NCBI GenBank assembly: GCA_964390545.1
Contig: CAYMJV010000004.1
Location: forward strand, 8,476-72,475
Reading direction: 5' to 3'
Origin: an uncultured Syntrophaceae bacterium
GTDB lineage: Bacteria > Desulfobacterota > BSN033 > UBA1163
DNA length: 64,000 nucleotides
Within the stretch, counting starts at the first letter, position 1. Every line of letters begins with the position of its first letter. Positions 10,302 through 19,691 of the stretch are shown here, piece after piece. The position numbers and the translations under genes were made by a program. The notes beneath the pieces are model-generated. The model ran no database searches. It was not told the origin of the DNA and saw only the letters and a list, made by a program, of their open reading frames with translations.

Positions 10302-10958
10302 TTACTTCCTCTTTACCTCCAGTTGAGGGGCGATCAGAATCTCAACCCTTCTGTTCCGGGCACGCCCTTCCTTGGTGTCATGACTGGCTTCAGGTTGATA
10401 GAAGGAACGACCGATGGCTTCCATTTCCTTGGGATCTAAACCAATCTTTTCTTGAAAATACCGGACAACGGATGCAGCCCGAGCCGAAGAAAGTTCCCAA
10501 TTGGAAGGGAATTTGTGGACATAATCTGGATGGATGGGAACGTTATCGGTATGTCCCGTGACCCGGATCTTTTTCCCTTTGATATTCTTCAATGCTTCTC
10601 CGACTTTTTTCAGGACCTTCTCTCCTTCGGGGGTGAGATCGGCTTTGCCAAATTCGAATAGAATGCGATCGATGAAGTTAAGAGAGAGTGATTCCTGGAA
10701 CTCTTTAATGGTCACCTCCTGTTTCTGGATCTGGTCTTTTAAATCTGATACGAGCGTATCATAGATTGATTTCATCTGTTTCGCCTGGGCTTCGGCCAGT
10801 TGAGCCACTTTTTGGTTCTGTTCCGCAAGATTTTTCTCACAGGCCTGAAGAGATTGTTTCACATTCCTGTTTGAGGCGAATAGCGAGATGACGGTAATGA
10901 TGGAAGCCGCCAATAAGATAGCTAAAATAATGATCGCAATATTTTGTTTTGTAAACAT
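10302..10958 (-). CDS. OmpA/MotB-domain protein with N-terminal TM and coiled coil
   Basis: The C-terminus (VTGHTDNVPI...NWELSSARAASVVRYF...GRARNRRVEI) matches the OmpA-like peptidoglycan-binding domain. Confidence 0.75.
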   Translation of the reverse strand: MFTKQNIAIIILAILLAASIITVISLFASNRNVKQSLQACEKNLAEQNQKVAQLAEAQAKQMKSIYDTLVSDLKDQIQKQEVTIKEFQESLSLNFIDRILFEFGKADLTPEGEKVLKKVGEALKNIKGKKIRVTGHTDNVPIHPDYVHKFPSNWELSSARAASVVRYFQEKIGLDPKEMEAIGRSFYQPEASHDTKEGRARNRRVEILIAPQLEVKRK

Positions 10959-11021
10959 TCTTCTCCCTCCTTTCGCAATGATGGGATGCCTCCATCTTTT
11001 TAAGGATTGTGATTAGGAGCA

Positions 11022-12014
11022 TCATCCCTTTTTCAATATCTCTCTGATGCGGTTTCGATCCTCCCGGCTCTTCTCATCGGCTGGAAAGAGCTCGATCCCA
11101 TCGGGAGAAGAAGCCCCTAAACCGAGCTCCACGGCCCTTGCGATCTGTTCCTGTTCGAAGATCTTTTTCTTCATGATGGTCTCGTTGCTTCCGAGATATT
11201 TCAAGATGGCCACTCCCACCGCGTCAATGGCCACCCGATCAGCCGAGGCGAGGAGCATATTTGCTTGAGCCCGCTTTCCTGTCATAGGTCCTCCGTCCAC
11301 AAAGGCTTCCATTCCATCGAGGATGACCAGGGCGGGCTTAAACGGTTGATTGACCTCTGCAATCATCTTGCGCTGATGAGGAGAGCTATGGAGCTCCCGC
11401 ATATATTCATATCCATGGCGGGAGGTTGGGACGACTCCCACGTGGAGCTTGAGGGATAGGGTGAAAACCCCTCCGTACTGGTGAGTCTTCAAACAACAAG
11501 TGGAAATAAGGCACTCGGTATCGAGGACGGGTCTTGCAATCCGGAATCCCTTGGTCCAGTGGCTCTTCTTCGGTTCAAATAGGACCCAATCCTTCTCATC
11601 CAGATGATCGAAATTGATCACCCTGACATTCAGCTTTTTCAGGTGGGGCAGAATCCCCTTTTCCTCCATGACCTCCTGGGTCGGTGGGTAACTTCTCTCT
11701 CCGAGGCTGATGGATTTCGCTCCCATTTCCCAAATCTCCTCAATGAGAGCGGTCAGCGTGTCGTTGTGCGTCGATCCCGGGAAAAGGTCTGCCGTATTGA
11801 AATTCGGTTTGATCAAAACCTCTTTGCCTTTGACGGGATTCGACTTCAGCGATTTCATCAAGGACTTGATCCCATCCCTACGGTTTTCGGTCTTCGCAAA
11901 GGCGACGTAGCTTTTCGTCTCGGACATCACTTTCCCCCCATCGATTCCAAAAAATAGGGCCCCTCCTGCGAGCCCTGTGACTTTTATGAAATCTCTTCGG
12001 TTCATTCTTTCCAT
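11022..12014 (-). CDS. DUF362 domain protein with Tat-type signal
   Basis: The N-terminus is MERMNRRDFIKVTGLAGGALF (twin-arginine). EVLIKPNFN...STHNDT is typical of DUF362. Confidence 0.65.
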   Translation of the reverse strand: MERMNRRDFIKVTGLAGGALFFGIDGGKVMSETKSYVAFAKTENRRDGIKSLMKSLKSNPVKGKEVLIKPNFNTADLFPGSTHNDTLTALIEEIWEMGAKSISLGERSYPPTQEVMEEKGILPHLKKLNVRVINFDHLDEKDWVLFEPKKSHWTKGFRIARPVLDTECLISTCCLKTHQYGGVFTLSLKLHVGVVPTSRHGYEYMRELHSSPHQRKMIAEVNQPFKPALVILDGMEAFVDGGPMTGKRAQANMLLASADRVAIDAVGVAILKYLGSNETIMKKKIFEQEQIARAVELGLGASSPDGIELFPADEKSREDRNRIREILKKG

Positions 12015-12308
12015 GGGTTCCTTTTAACCCCTCCCCCCTTCTTTGCTCCTTGGACGTCTTTCCCTGTGAGAAGTCTTTCGCTTAGGTCGTTATCCATCTC
12101 TTTGCTGATCTCGCATCTTCTTTCTGTCCCATGCGAAATGGTATCACATCCTCTTTCTTGGAACAAATTCTATTTGGAGCGAAGGCCAATCAGAAAAGAC
12201 AATTGATTGTTGAAAGCCATTTCAAGCAGGCACATCAAGGATCCCTGCTCCTTTCATTTTGAAAGACCCCTTGGAGATAGGTGATATGAAAAGAGCGGGC
12301 GGCTTCTT

Positions 12309-13472
12309 CTAAAGCCTCTTTCTGAAAAGGGCGAAGAAGTGTTCTTTTAGCTTTTCCAATAATGGCCTCCGGTGCCATTCTTTCAAATCGATCTTGAGAG
12401 ATTTTTTCAAATCCTCCTCAAATATTTCAGTCATTTTAGAAGCAAAGGAGGCATCGAGGATCCCGATATTCCCCTCATCGTTATAAATCAAAGATTGGTA
12501 ATCCAGATTGGTGGAACCCACGATGCTCCAGTATTGATCAAACACATAAGTTTTGGCGTGGAGCATTTCTCCCCGGTAGGTATAGATTTCAATCCCAGAC
12601 TTCAAAAGTCTTGTGAAAAAAGCCCTTCCTGCATAGGAGGCAGCAGGCACATCGCTCTTCCCCGGCACCAACAATCTGACCCTCACCCCCCGCCTTACTG
12701 CATCTTCTAAAGGCGCGATCATCCTTCGACTCGGGGTAAAGTAAGCGGTGGTGAGTAAAATTGTTGTCTTTGCAGTCTTAATACTGTCGCGAAGGACATT
12801 CCTCATTCTCTTTCGACCTCTTCGAGAATAGACGAAGATCGGAAGGACTGGGATACGGCCTTTCTCTTTCTTTGGGTGGGCGGCTTCACCTTCTTGCCGG
12901 AACACGAATTTTTCTCCTCTCCAAGTCGTCCAGCTTCTTTTGAAGGTCTCGAGGAGTTCATTCACAATAGAACCCTCAATCATAATTCCTGTATCCCGCC
13001 AGCCCCTACTTTTTCTTCGCAGGTGCAAACCGGAGTATTCGTTGGCGATGTTGAGTCCGCCGGTAAAGGCTTTCTTAGAATCAATCACAATGAGCTTTCT
13101 ATGATCTCGATGAACATAACGGAAGGGAGCAGTCCATTTGAAAGGATGAGAGGCTCGGATACGAACACCTGCCTGGCTCATCTCTTTCCAAAAACTTCTC
13201 GGTGTTCCGAGAGAGCCGAAATGATCATAAAGGAGAAAAACCTTCACCGCTTGCCGGCTCTTCTCTTTCAGCAAGTCAGATAAGGCTCTTCCTGTTTCAT
13301 CCTCTTTAAATATATAAAATTGCAAACAGACGAACCGTTTCGCCTGTTTGATCGCATCGAAGATCGTTTCGAAGGATTCTTTTCCCTTCCAGAGGAGTTG
13401 AATATGGGTGGCTGAGGAGAATTTACCCTGAAACATCCTCTCAATGGATTTAACGGTAAACCTTTTTTTCAT
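12309..13472 (-). CDS. phospholipase D / cardiolipin synthase (ClsB-like)
   Basis: Two HKD motifs are present (HRKLIVID..., HAKTYVFD...GSTNLD). Confidence 0.8.
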   Translation of the reverse strand: MKKRFTVKSIERMFQGKFSSATHIQLLWKGKESFETIFDAIKQAKRFVCLQFYIFKEDETGRALSDLLKEKSRQAVKVFLLYDHFGSLGTPRSFWKEMSQAGVRIRASHPFKWTAPFRYVHRDHRKLIVIDSKKAFTGGLNIANEYSGLHLRRKSRGWRDTGIMIEGSIVNELLETFKRSWTTWRGEKFVFRQEGEAAHPKKEKGRIPVLPIFVYSRRGRKRMRNVLRDSIKTAKTTILLTTAYFTPSRRMIAPLEDAVRRGVRVRLLVPGKSDVPAASYAGRAFFTRLLKSGIEIYTYRGEMLHAKTYVFDQYWSIVGSTNLDYQSLIYNDEGNIGILDASFASKMTEIFEEDLKKSLKIDLKEWHRRPLLEKLKEHFFALFRKRL

Positions 13473-13679
13473 AGGGACGGCAGAACAACATCGGGGCGAT
13501 CAAGAGGAAACCTTTCCTGGACCACCTCCAAATTCAAAAGGTTGAGCCGAATGAAAACCGCCTCTCAATTCTATGAACTACTTTTTACCCCGTTAGAAAG
13601 CCCGGCTGCTCGCAGCAGGGATGATGGTTGGTCTTTTTTCAGCGAAGACAGGGTTTAATGCCCCGTGGGAGCCTTCCCG

Positions 13680-14498
13680 TTAGAAAGCAGAAGATTTTCT
13701 AACGGGGTTTAGTCGATCCGTCTTCTGGATAAATCGTTGAAGGGCGTTGAAATATTCTTTGAGACCCACGAGCATGATATCATTATGGGTAGCGGACGGA
13801 ATGACGAGAAGTTCCTTATCCTCTGTCCCGAGGTGGTGATAGAGGTCTCTGGCGTTTTGGAGCGGGACGAGCCAATCCTGTTCCCCATGAATGATCAGGG
13901 TGGGAAGGAATATCTTCTGAATACGCTCCAGACATGCCTGATCGATCTTTTCGAGACCCATTCCATGAGCCGGCATTCCCAGATGGACCATGATCCTCAC
14001 CACGCTCGGAAAGCCACTTTCCAGGATGAGCCCTTTCAGTGCCTCTTGATGGTGATAGGCCAGTTCCAAGGCAGAGATACTTCCCAGAGACCTTCCCATG
14101 ACCCAGAGGTCCGTTCGAAGATTTCTTCTGGAGAGCTCGGCCCTGATCTCTTTGAAGATGGCATGGGAATCGTGAGCAAGGTCGGTAAGGGTAGGAACCC
14201 CGCCGCTGGCACCATAACCTCTGTAATCGGCGACGATTAAGTTAAGGTTTTCTTGATGATAGAGGAAAGAGATCTCATCATAATCGCTCACCACTTCACC
14301 ATTTCCGTGAAAGAACAGGATCCATGGTCCTTGGTGGTGGCCCATGTAGAAACGGCACGAGATGAAAATACCTTCGCCAACCTGTACAGAGAGGTCAAAG
14401 GCATTCTGAGGACAGGGAGTAAAGTCCTTCCGAGGATAGAAGATGTATTGTAATAGAAGAGGGTAGTCAACCTGTGAATAGTCGATCATGGATTTCAA
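13680..14498 (-). CDS. alpha/beta hydrolase
   Basis: 272-aa ORF with nucleophile elbow GRSLGS, FFHGNG, and a C-terminal HND motif. Confidence 0.7.
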   Translation of the reverse strand: MKSMIDYSQVDYPLLLQYIFYPRKDFTPCPQNAFDLSVQVGEGIFISCRFYMGHHQGPWILFFHGNGEVVSDYDEISFLYHQENLNLIVADYRGYGASGGVPTLTDLAHDSHAIFKEIRAELSRRNLRTDLWVMGRSLGSISALELAYHHQEALKGLILESGFPSVVRIMVHLGMPAHGMGLEKIDQACLERIQKIFLPTLIIHGEQDWLVPLQNARDLYHHLGTEDKELLVIPSATHNDIMLVGLKEYFNALQRFIQKTDRLNPVRKSSAF

Positions 14499-14646
14499 TT
14501 TAGCACCAAATGGATAAATAGAAAAGGGGGTTTTAGAAGGAATACCTCACTGAAGCGTGGGGAAAAGCTGGCGATCTCGTCAAATTTCCACGGGAGAACG
14601 AGGCATTACTTCTTGGATGGGGACTGTTGGAAGAAGCCTATTCCAA

Positions 14647-14691
14647 GGGATAGGGATAGGGATAGGGATCGGGTGGGAGGATCCTATCCCC
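14647..14691. repeat. (GGGATA)3GGGATC hexamer run forming a hairpin with CCTATCCC
   Basis: Read directly at 14647-14670. An 8-bp stem GGGATAGG/CCTATCCC abuts the stop codon (14692) of the glycosidase-like gene. Confidence 0.7.
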
Positions 14692-16350
14692 TTAATCGAT
14701 ATTTCCAGTGACCTCTTGTTCTTCCTGCAGATCACTCTGTGTCGAAGAGGAAGGATCCTCCTGCGTTTTTTCCTGCTCTGCCATCAGCGGGTTTGGGGTT
14801 ACCACAGGCTCGAATGCCTTTTGAGAAGGTTCAGTAGTCGAAATTTCATCTTGCCCTGAATCCCTCGCTACCCCGACTTCTTCTTTTGTCTTTTTTGGGA
14901 GTTTCAACTCTTTGAAGGGCCTCTCAGGTTTTTGGAAAGCATAAACAGAGGATCCTTTTCTCTTCAATCCCTCTCTCGAATAGATGTTTTGCGGATTCCA
15001 GAGCAACCAGCCAAGGGATCCAAATCGCTCCACTCCATTGATCTGCTCTCTGATTTCCCGTTCTTCGAAGAACCTTCGGTCGAAGGCATAATCTCTAAAA
15101 GCTTGCAGCCATGGTCGAAAACGAAAAGGTGAAAGGCCGGTCCTTTCCTGGGCCTTTTTGAGAGTGAGGTAGACGATCTCATAAGGATGGGTGGTAGGAA
15201 TCCGATAACCGGGTATTCCATACTGGAATCCCGACGGATAGAGCATGGGAGAGAGATAATCCAGATGGGGGGTAAGGTTTTCGAGGGTCTGCCCTATAGA
15301 GGTATCATTGAGATTCCAGCAGACATATCCAAAGATATCGGCCGAGAGAAAAACATTGTAGGGCAACAACCTCTTTCTAGCCTCCATGAGAAATCCGGAG
15401 ATGGCTTTGACTCTGTTCTCCATGGTGTTCGGCATGGAGAACTGGACGGGCAGGGCATCAGGAAACCGGATATAGTCGAACTGGATCTCATCAAACCCTT
15501 GTTGAGCCGCTTCGATAGCAATTTGAATATTGTATTCCCATACTTCTTTCTTAAAGGGATCGACCCATGCCAGGCGTTCTCGATCGTGCCATATCCCCCC
15601 GTTCAGATCCTTCACTGCGAGATCAGGCCTGTGGTTCGCCAAGAGATTGTCTTTAAAGACCACAATCCGGGCAATCGTGTAGATGCCTTCGTTTTTCAAA
15701 GATCCGATCAATCCCTTCATGTCTTTCACCGTGGTGATTCTTTGAGCGCCGATTTCTGTGGCCAGGGGGATTGAACTTCTATAGGGGATCATCCCTCTGT
15801 CACCCTTGAGATCGATGACAAAGGTATTGAGCTCGGTCTCCCGCAAAAGATGTAATGCGTCTTCTCTCAATTTTCTGTCCCCAATACCGTAAAAGGAAAG
15901 ATAGAGTCCCTTGGGAGTGAAGGGGACAAGTTCGATCTCTTTAGGAAGGGTAACGATCTGTTCAGCGATTCCTATCATCTTTTCGCGAGCCGCCTTATAA
16001 AGGGTTTTGAAAGTGGAAGAAGATGGCCTTGTCTCCTGAGGAACGTTGATGAGCACCTCAGCTCTTAGGTATCCACAAGCCCTCACAGCGACCCTTTCCC
16101 CTTCGATTTTGATGTGAGCAATTCCCTGTTCATCGGTTTGTTCCATTTCATTCCCGGAGGTCACAATGGCTCCTGCGATCGGTTTATCCGTATCGGAGTC
16201 GATGACTTGGATCAATCTTTTTATGAGGGAGGCGTCCATCCCTTTTCCATTTTTTGTGTAGACCATGGCATATCGAGGGAAAAGAGGGAGTAGGGTGAGT
16301 AGGATGACAAAGGAGATAATGAATTCTTTAACTTTTTTCTTTATAAACAT
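14692..16350 (-). CDS. secreted TIM-barrel putative glycoside hydrolase (DUF4015-like) with a low-complexity acidic C-terminal tail
   Basis: 552-aa ORF with an N-terminal TM/signal. The core (FVIDLKGDRG...ARIVVFKD...WVDPF...GFDEIQFDYIRFP) resembles the putative glycosyl-hydrolase domain family. It overlaps the upstream deacetylase gene by 10 nt. Confidence 0.6.
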   Translation of the reverse strand: MFIKKKVKEFIISFVILLTLLPLFPRYAMVYTKNGKGMDASLIKRLIQVIDSDTDKPIAGAIVTSGNEMEQTDEQGIAHIKIEGERVAVRACGYLRAEVLINVPQETRPSSSTFKTLYKAAREKMIGIAEQIVTLPKEIELVPFTPKGLYLSFYGIGDRKLREDALHLLRETELNTFVIDLKGDRGMIPYRSSIPLATEIGAQRITTVKDMKGLIGSLKNEGIYTIARIVVFKDNLLANHRPDLAVKDLNGGIWHDRERLAWVDPFKKEVWEYNIQIAIEAAQQGFDEIQFDYIRFPDALPVQFSMPNTMENRVKAISGFLMEARKRLLPYNVFLSADIFGYVCWNLNDTSIGQTLENLTPHLDYLSPMLYPSGFQYGIPGYRIPTTHPYEIVYLTLKKAQERTGLSPFRFRPWLQAFRDYAFDRRFFEEREIREQINGVERFGSLGWLLWNPQNIYSREGLKRKGSSVYAFQKPERPFKELKLPKKTKEEVGVARDSGQDEISTTEPSQKAFEPVVTPNPLMAEQEKTQEDPSSSTQSDLQEEQEVTGNID

Positions 16351-17159
16351 GGTGAACCTCCCAATATTTTTCCAAAAGCCTTCCCTCTATCCGCATCGGT
16401 GATCAGATAACGAGGGAGAGCCATGACGGGATCAGAAGCCTTTGTATGAAAACGCTCGATCGTAAAAGCAGAGACATAGCCCGCTCCCACCGCCTTGCGG
16501 ATTAAGTTCTCATCATAAATACCAAAGGGCCAAGAGAGCATGTCCACGTGAATGCCCAATTCTTTCTCCAGTTTTTCTTTTGACTTCTTCAGCTGCATCT
16601 CCACTAAATTTTCATAATCCGCAGGGCTTAACTTCTTCCTTTCATTCTTAAAATTAGGATGCCAATACGTGTGTCCCTGAAAATCGAACAGCCTAAAGGC
16701 TTGAATTTCCCTGAGCTGGTCCCAGGTCATGGCATAGGAGGCATTTGAGATGGCGGAGGGATAAAGAAAAAGGGTTACAGGAATCTTATATTTCTTGACG
16801 AGAGGGGAAAGGTCTGTAAAGACTGATTTGTGGCCATCATCTACCGTGATGGCAATGGATCGACACGGGAGAGACTTCCTTTTCCCGAGGTGATAATCAA
16901 CCAGTTCCCTGAGAGGAATGATGGTATAGCTCGTTTCCATAAGATATTTCACATGGGATTCGAACTGGTGGGTGGTCACCGTCATGCTATCGGCCACGAC
17001 AGGTCCGAAGCGGTGATAAACTAAAATGGGTATGGCCATTCTGGCAGAACCCTCTTGGTTTTCTTTCAATCCTGCGAGAGCGGATGAGAGTCCTATGAAG
17101 GAGACGATGAGAAAAGCAGCGCCAAATATGACAGCTTTCAGCTGCAGCCTTGAAATCAC
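16341..17159 (-). CDS. polysaccharide deacetylase (CE4/NodB family), secreted
   Basis: Signal peptide followed by ILVYHRF...ITVDDGH...HTYWHP motifs. GTG start overlaps the RHH gene stop (GTGA). Confidence 0.8.
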   Translation of the reverse strand: MISRLQLKAVIFGAAFLIVSFIGLSSALAGLKENQEGSARMAIPILVYHRFGPVVADSMTVTTHQFESHVKYLMETSYTIIPLRELVDYHLGKRKSLPCRSIAITVDDGHKSVFTDLSPLVKKYKIPVTLFLYPSAISNASYAMTWDQLREIQAFRLFDFQGHTYWHPNFKNERKKLSPADYENLVEMQLKKSKEKLEKELGIHVDMLSWPFGIYDENLIRKAVGAGYVSAFTIERFHTKASDPVMALPRYLITDADRGKAFGKILGGSPCL

Positions 17160-17350
17160 TTACTCCTCCTGGATTTAATCTTTTTTCCTTTTAGATATTC
17201 CTCCAGAGCCTCATCCATAACTTCTTTGATGTTTTTTCTCTTCCAGTACGCAAGGGACTTTATCTTCTCTAAGTGATCCTCCCGTAAAATGAAGGTCGCC
17301 CTTGTCCAACCTTCCCTGAGTCCATCATACGAAGTCTTCGTTTGAGCCAT
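17156..17350 (-). CDS. small ribbon-helix-helix-like protein
   Basis: 64-aa ORF. RATFILREDHLEKIKSLAYWKRKNIKEVMDEALEEYL fits a strand-helix-helix pattern. AGGA SD lies 7 nt upstream of the ATG. Confidence 0.5.
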   Translation of the reverse strand: MAQTKTSYDGLREGWTRATFILREDHLEKIKSLAYWKRKNIKEVMDEALEEYLKGKKIKSRRSK

Positions 17351-17358
17351 TTGTCTAT

Positions 17359-17385
17359 CCTGTAAACCCTGTAAACCAGGTAAAC
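17359..17385 (-). promoter_or_regulatory. three tandem 9-bp direct repeats (GTTTACNNN) in the leader of the RHH gene
   Basis: The plus strand reads CCTGTAAAC CCTGTAAAC CAGGTAAAC, 9-35 nt upstream of the ATG at 17350. Candidate operator. Confidence 0.4.
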
Positions 17386-17400
17386 TAGATCAGACAGCAT

Positions 17401-17416
17401 TGCATCAAGCGTGCCA
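17401..17416 (-). promoter_or_regulatory. sigma-54 -24/-12 promoter (TGGCAC-N5-ATGCA)
   Basis: The minus strand reads TGGCACGCTTGATGCA with correct GG-to-GC spacing, about 50 nt upstream of the RHH start. Confidence 0.55.
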
Positions 17417-17528
17417 CTTCACCACACTCCAATATGAACATAACTCATTGAATTTTATAAATATTTTTTCTGGACGAAAGGAGACTCTCTTGGCTCAATG
17501 CTGCAAGTGACAATGGTCGGCTGTTAAA

Positions 17529-17540
17529 TGACAAATTGTC
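17529..17540. promoter_or_regulatory. TGACAA-A-TTGTC palindrome (candidate enhancer-binding-protein site)
   Basis: TGACAAATTGTC is centred ~120 bp upstream of the -24 GG. A second TGACAA lies at 17508-17513. Confidence 0.3.
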
Positions 17541-17673
17541 TGTTTGAAAAAACAAGTGGGAACGGAGAGATAACTGCAATGCTCTCTGCCCGAAGCCCAA
17601 GCCTATTACTCTGAGGGCTTGACCGGATGGGGAACATCATGATAAATGGAATAAGAAAGAAAGGAGCCTGACC

Positions 17674-18255
17674 ATGGAACAAAAAAGACCCACACGCCAG
17701 GAGGCCTTGGAGCTTCTCCACCAATATAATGAAAGCGACAGCTTGCGCAAACATGCCTATGCCGTCGAAGGGGTGATGCATTACATTGCTAGGAAGCGAG
17801 GCGAGGATGAGGAGAAGTGGGGGATCGTCGGTCTGATTCATGATCTCGATTATGAAAGGTTTCCCGATCAACACTGCCAGAAGACAGGGGAAATCCTGAG
17901 AGAGAAAGGTTGGCCAGAGGAGTATATTCGTGGGGCCGTCTCCCATGGATGGGGGATCTGCTCAGACGTTACGCCGCAGACCGACCTTGAAAAGTTTCTC
18001 TACACCATTGACGAGTTAACAGGTCTGGTCGTCACCACGGCTCTGATTCGACCCTCCAAGAGCGTCCTCGATGTTCAGGTGAAGTCGGTGAAGAACAAAT
18101 GGAAGGATAAGAGATTTGCTGCCGGGGTGGACCGATCAATCATCGAAAAAGGAGCGCAGATGTTGCAGATTGGATTGGACGACCTGATCGATGATACGAT
18201 CAAGGGGATGCAGGAGGTCGCAGAAGCCATCGGGCTGAAGGGCCATCCGGCGTGA
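17674..18255 (+). CDS. HD-domain (HDIG-type) phosphohydrolase
   Basis: 193-aa ORF with HAYAVE and GLIHDLDYE motifs. Confidence 0.75.
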   Translation: MEQKRPTRQEALELLHQYNESDSLRKHAYAVEGVMHYIARKRGEDEEKWGIVGLIHDLDYERFPDQHCQKTGEILREKGWPEEYIRGAVSHGWGICSDVTPQTDLEKFLYTIDELTGLVVTTALIRPSKSVLDVQVKSVKNKWKDKRFAAGVDRSIIEKGAQMLQIGLDDLIDDTIKGMQEVAEAIGLKGHPA

Positions 18256-18269
18256 AACAGTCCCTCCTC

Positions 18270-18596
18270 TTAAGGTTTGGGCCTGCAGTTTTGATAAATG
18301 TTCCCTTTATCAACTTCGATGGTGGCGATCTCTCCTTTCAACCAGAAGGTCGAATTCCCATCACTGTATCTAGCCCCTGAAGCAGATGGCACTTTGGGGA
18401 GGTAAATCCATCTGCGATCAATGGTCAACATAACCATCTCACCGCGCGTATCAAGCTCCACCCCGAGGGTCTTGCCTTCGTCACATTGATAGATAAATTT
18501 CTCGGTACTTATTCCTTTGGGGGATGAACAACAGGTGAGGGTGAAAAGGAAAAGAAGGATTCCCAGGTAAACAAACAGGGCTCTATTCATCTTCAT
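18270..18596 (-). CDS. MliC-like lipoprotein (c-type lysozyme inhibitor family)
   Basis: Lipobox LTCCSS. YQCDEG...SASGARYSDGNSTFWLKGE resembles the MliC signature. Confidence 0.6.
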   Translation of the reverse strand: MKMNRALFVYLGILLFLFTLTCCSSPKGISTEKFIYQCDEGKTLGVELDTRGEMVMLTIDRRWIYLPKVPSASGARYSDGNSTFWLKGEIATIEVDKGNIYQNCRPKP

Positions 18597-18617
18597 GTCT
18601 CTCTCCTTCAGAAGTGA

Positions 18618-19691
18618 TCATTTCGTTAAACTTTCCACGGTCTCCGCATTGAGCTTTTTGATCGCAGCCGTTACGAGTCTTACGGTCTGATCGTAATCAT
18701 CCCGATGGATGACGCCCGCGTGGCTGTGGATATGCCGGGTGGGAACGGCAACGACGAGATTGGGAACTCCACGGCGGTGGAGATGGATGGCGCCTGAATC
18801 CGTACCTCCTCGATCGAGGAGATCAAACTGATAAGGGACCTTAAGTTCTTCGGCTGTTTCGATGAAGAGGTCACGGAGGCGGAGGTTCGGGATCATACTG
18901 CCGTCACGGATCACGATGACGGGTCCCTTTCCGAGCCTTCCCTGGGCATCCTCTTTTTTCACATCTGGTACATCGCCCGCAACTCCGGCCTCCATGGTGA
19001 GTCCCACATCGGGTTCGACCACCCACGCGCTTGTCCGAGCCCCCCGGAGCCCTACCTCCTCCTGGACCGTCCCAACCCCATAAACGCTATTCGGATGCTT
19101 TTCCCGAACCAGATTCTTGATCACATCAATCACTAGAGCACATCCGACCCGGTCGTCAAACCCCTTGGCGAAGTAGGTCTTACCTGTTCCTGATAGGGTG
19201 AAAGGGAAAACAGGGATGATAGGATCTCCCGGTCGAATGCCCAATGCCTTCACTTCCTCCTGAGAGGTAGCGCCCACATCGATGTACATGTCTTTAGGTT
19301 CCAGAAGCTTCTTGCGCTCCTCATCGGAGAGGATATGAGGGGGTTTGGATCCGATCAACCCTGGGACATCACCCTTCCGGGATTTAATGACCACACGCTG
19401 GGCCAGCATCACATGGCCCCACCATCCTCCGAGCGTACTGAATCTGATAAACCCCTCATCCGTGATGAGCTTCACGATGAAGCCGATTTCATCCATGTGT
19501 CCGGCGATCATGATCCGTGGTGTCTCGGCTTCGCCCTTCTTGCGGCATACAATACTACCGAGCCGGTCTTGTTCAATGACCGTTATCTTCTGAAGATGTT
19601 TTCGAATAATCTCACGAACCTCCTGCTCATAACCTGAGATCCCTGAAGCCTCTGTCAGCTCACGAAGGAGTTCCACGGTTTCATCCGACAT
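18618..19691 (-). CDS. M42 family metallopeptidase (FrvX/glutamyl aminopeptidase-like)
   Basis: MSDETVELLRELTEASGISGYE start with a GGGAGG SD. Motifs HMDEIGF, DDRVGC and QEEVGLRGA are present. The tracked ORF extends to 19754, but the ATG at 19691 has the SD. Confidence 0.85.
   Translation of the reverse strand: MSDETVELLRELTEASGISGYEQEVREIIRKHLQKITVIEQDRLGSIVCRKKGEAETPRIMIAGHMDEIGFIVKLITDEGFIRFSTLGGWWGHVMLAQRVVIKSRKGDVPGLIGSKPPHILSDEERKKLLEPKDMYIDVGATSQEEVKALGIRPGDPIIPVFPFTLSGTGKTYFAKGFDDRVGCALVIDVIKNLVREKHPNSVYGVGTVQEEVGLRGARTSAWVVEPDVGLTMEAGVAGDVPDVKKEDAQGRLGKGPVIVIRDGSMIPNLRLRDLFIETAEELKVPYQFDLLDRGGTDSGAIHLHRRGVPNLVVAVPTRHIHSHAGVIHRDDYDQTVRLVTAAIKKLNAETVESLTK

Noticed and set aside
17491-17505. 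TGGCTCAATGCTGCA on the plus strand as a sigma-54 promoter for the HD-domain gene
   Set aside because: The GG-to-GC distance is 11 nt, one short of the canonical spacing, and C replaces the conserved A/C pattern. It is treated as chance.
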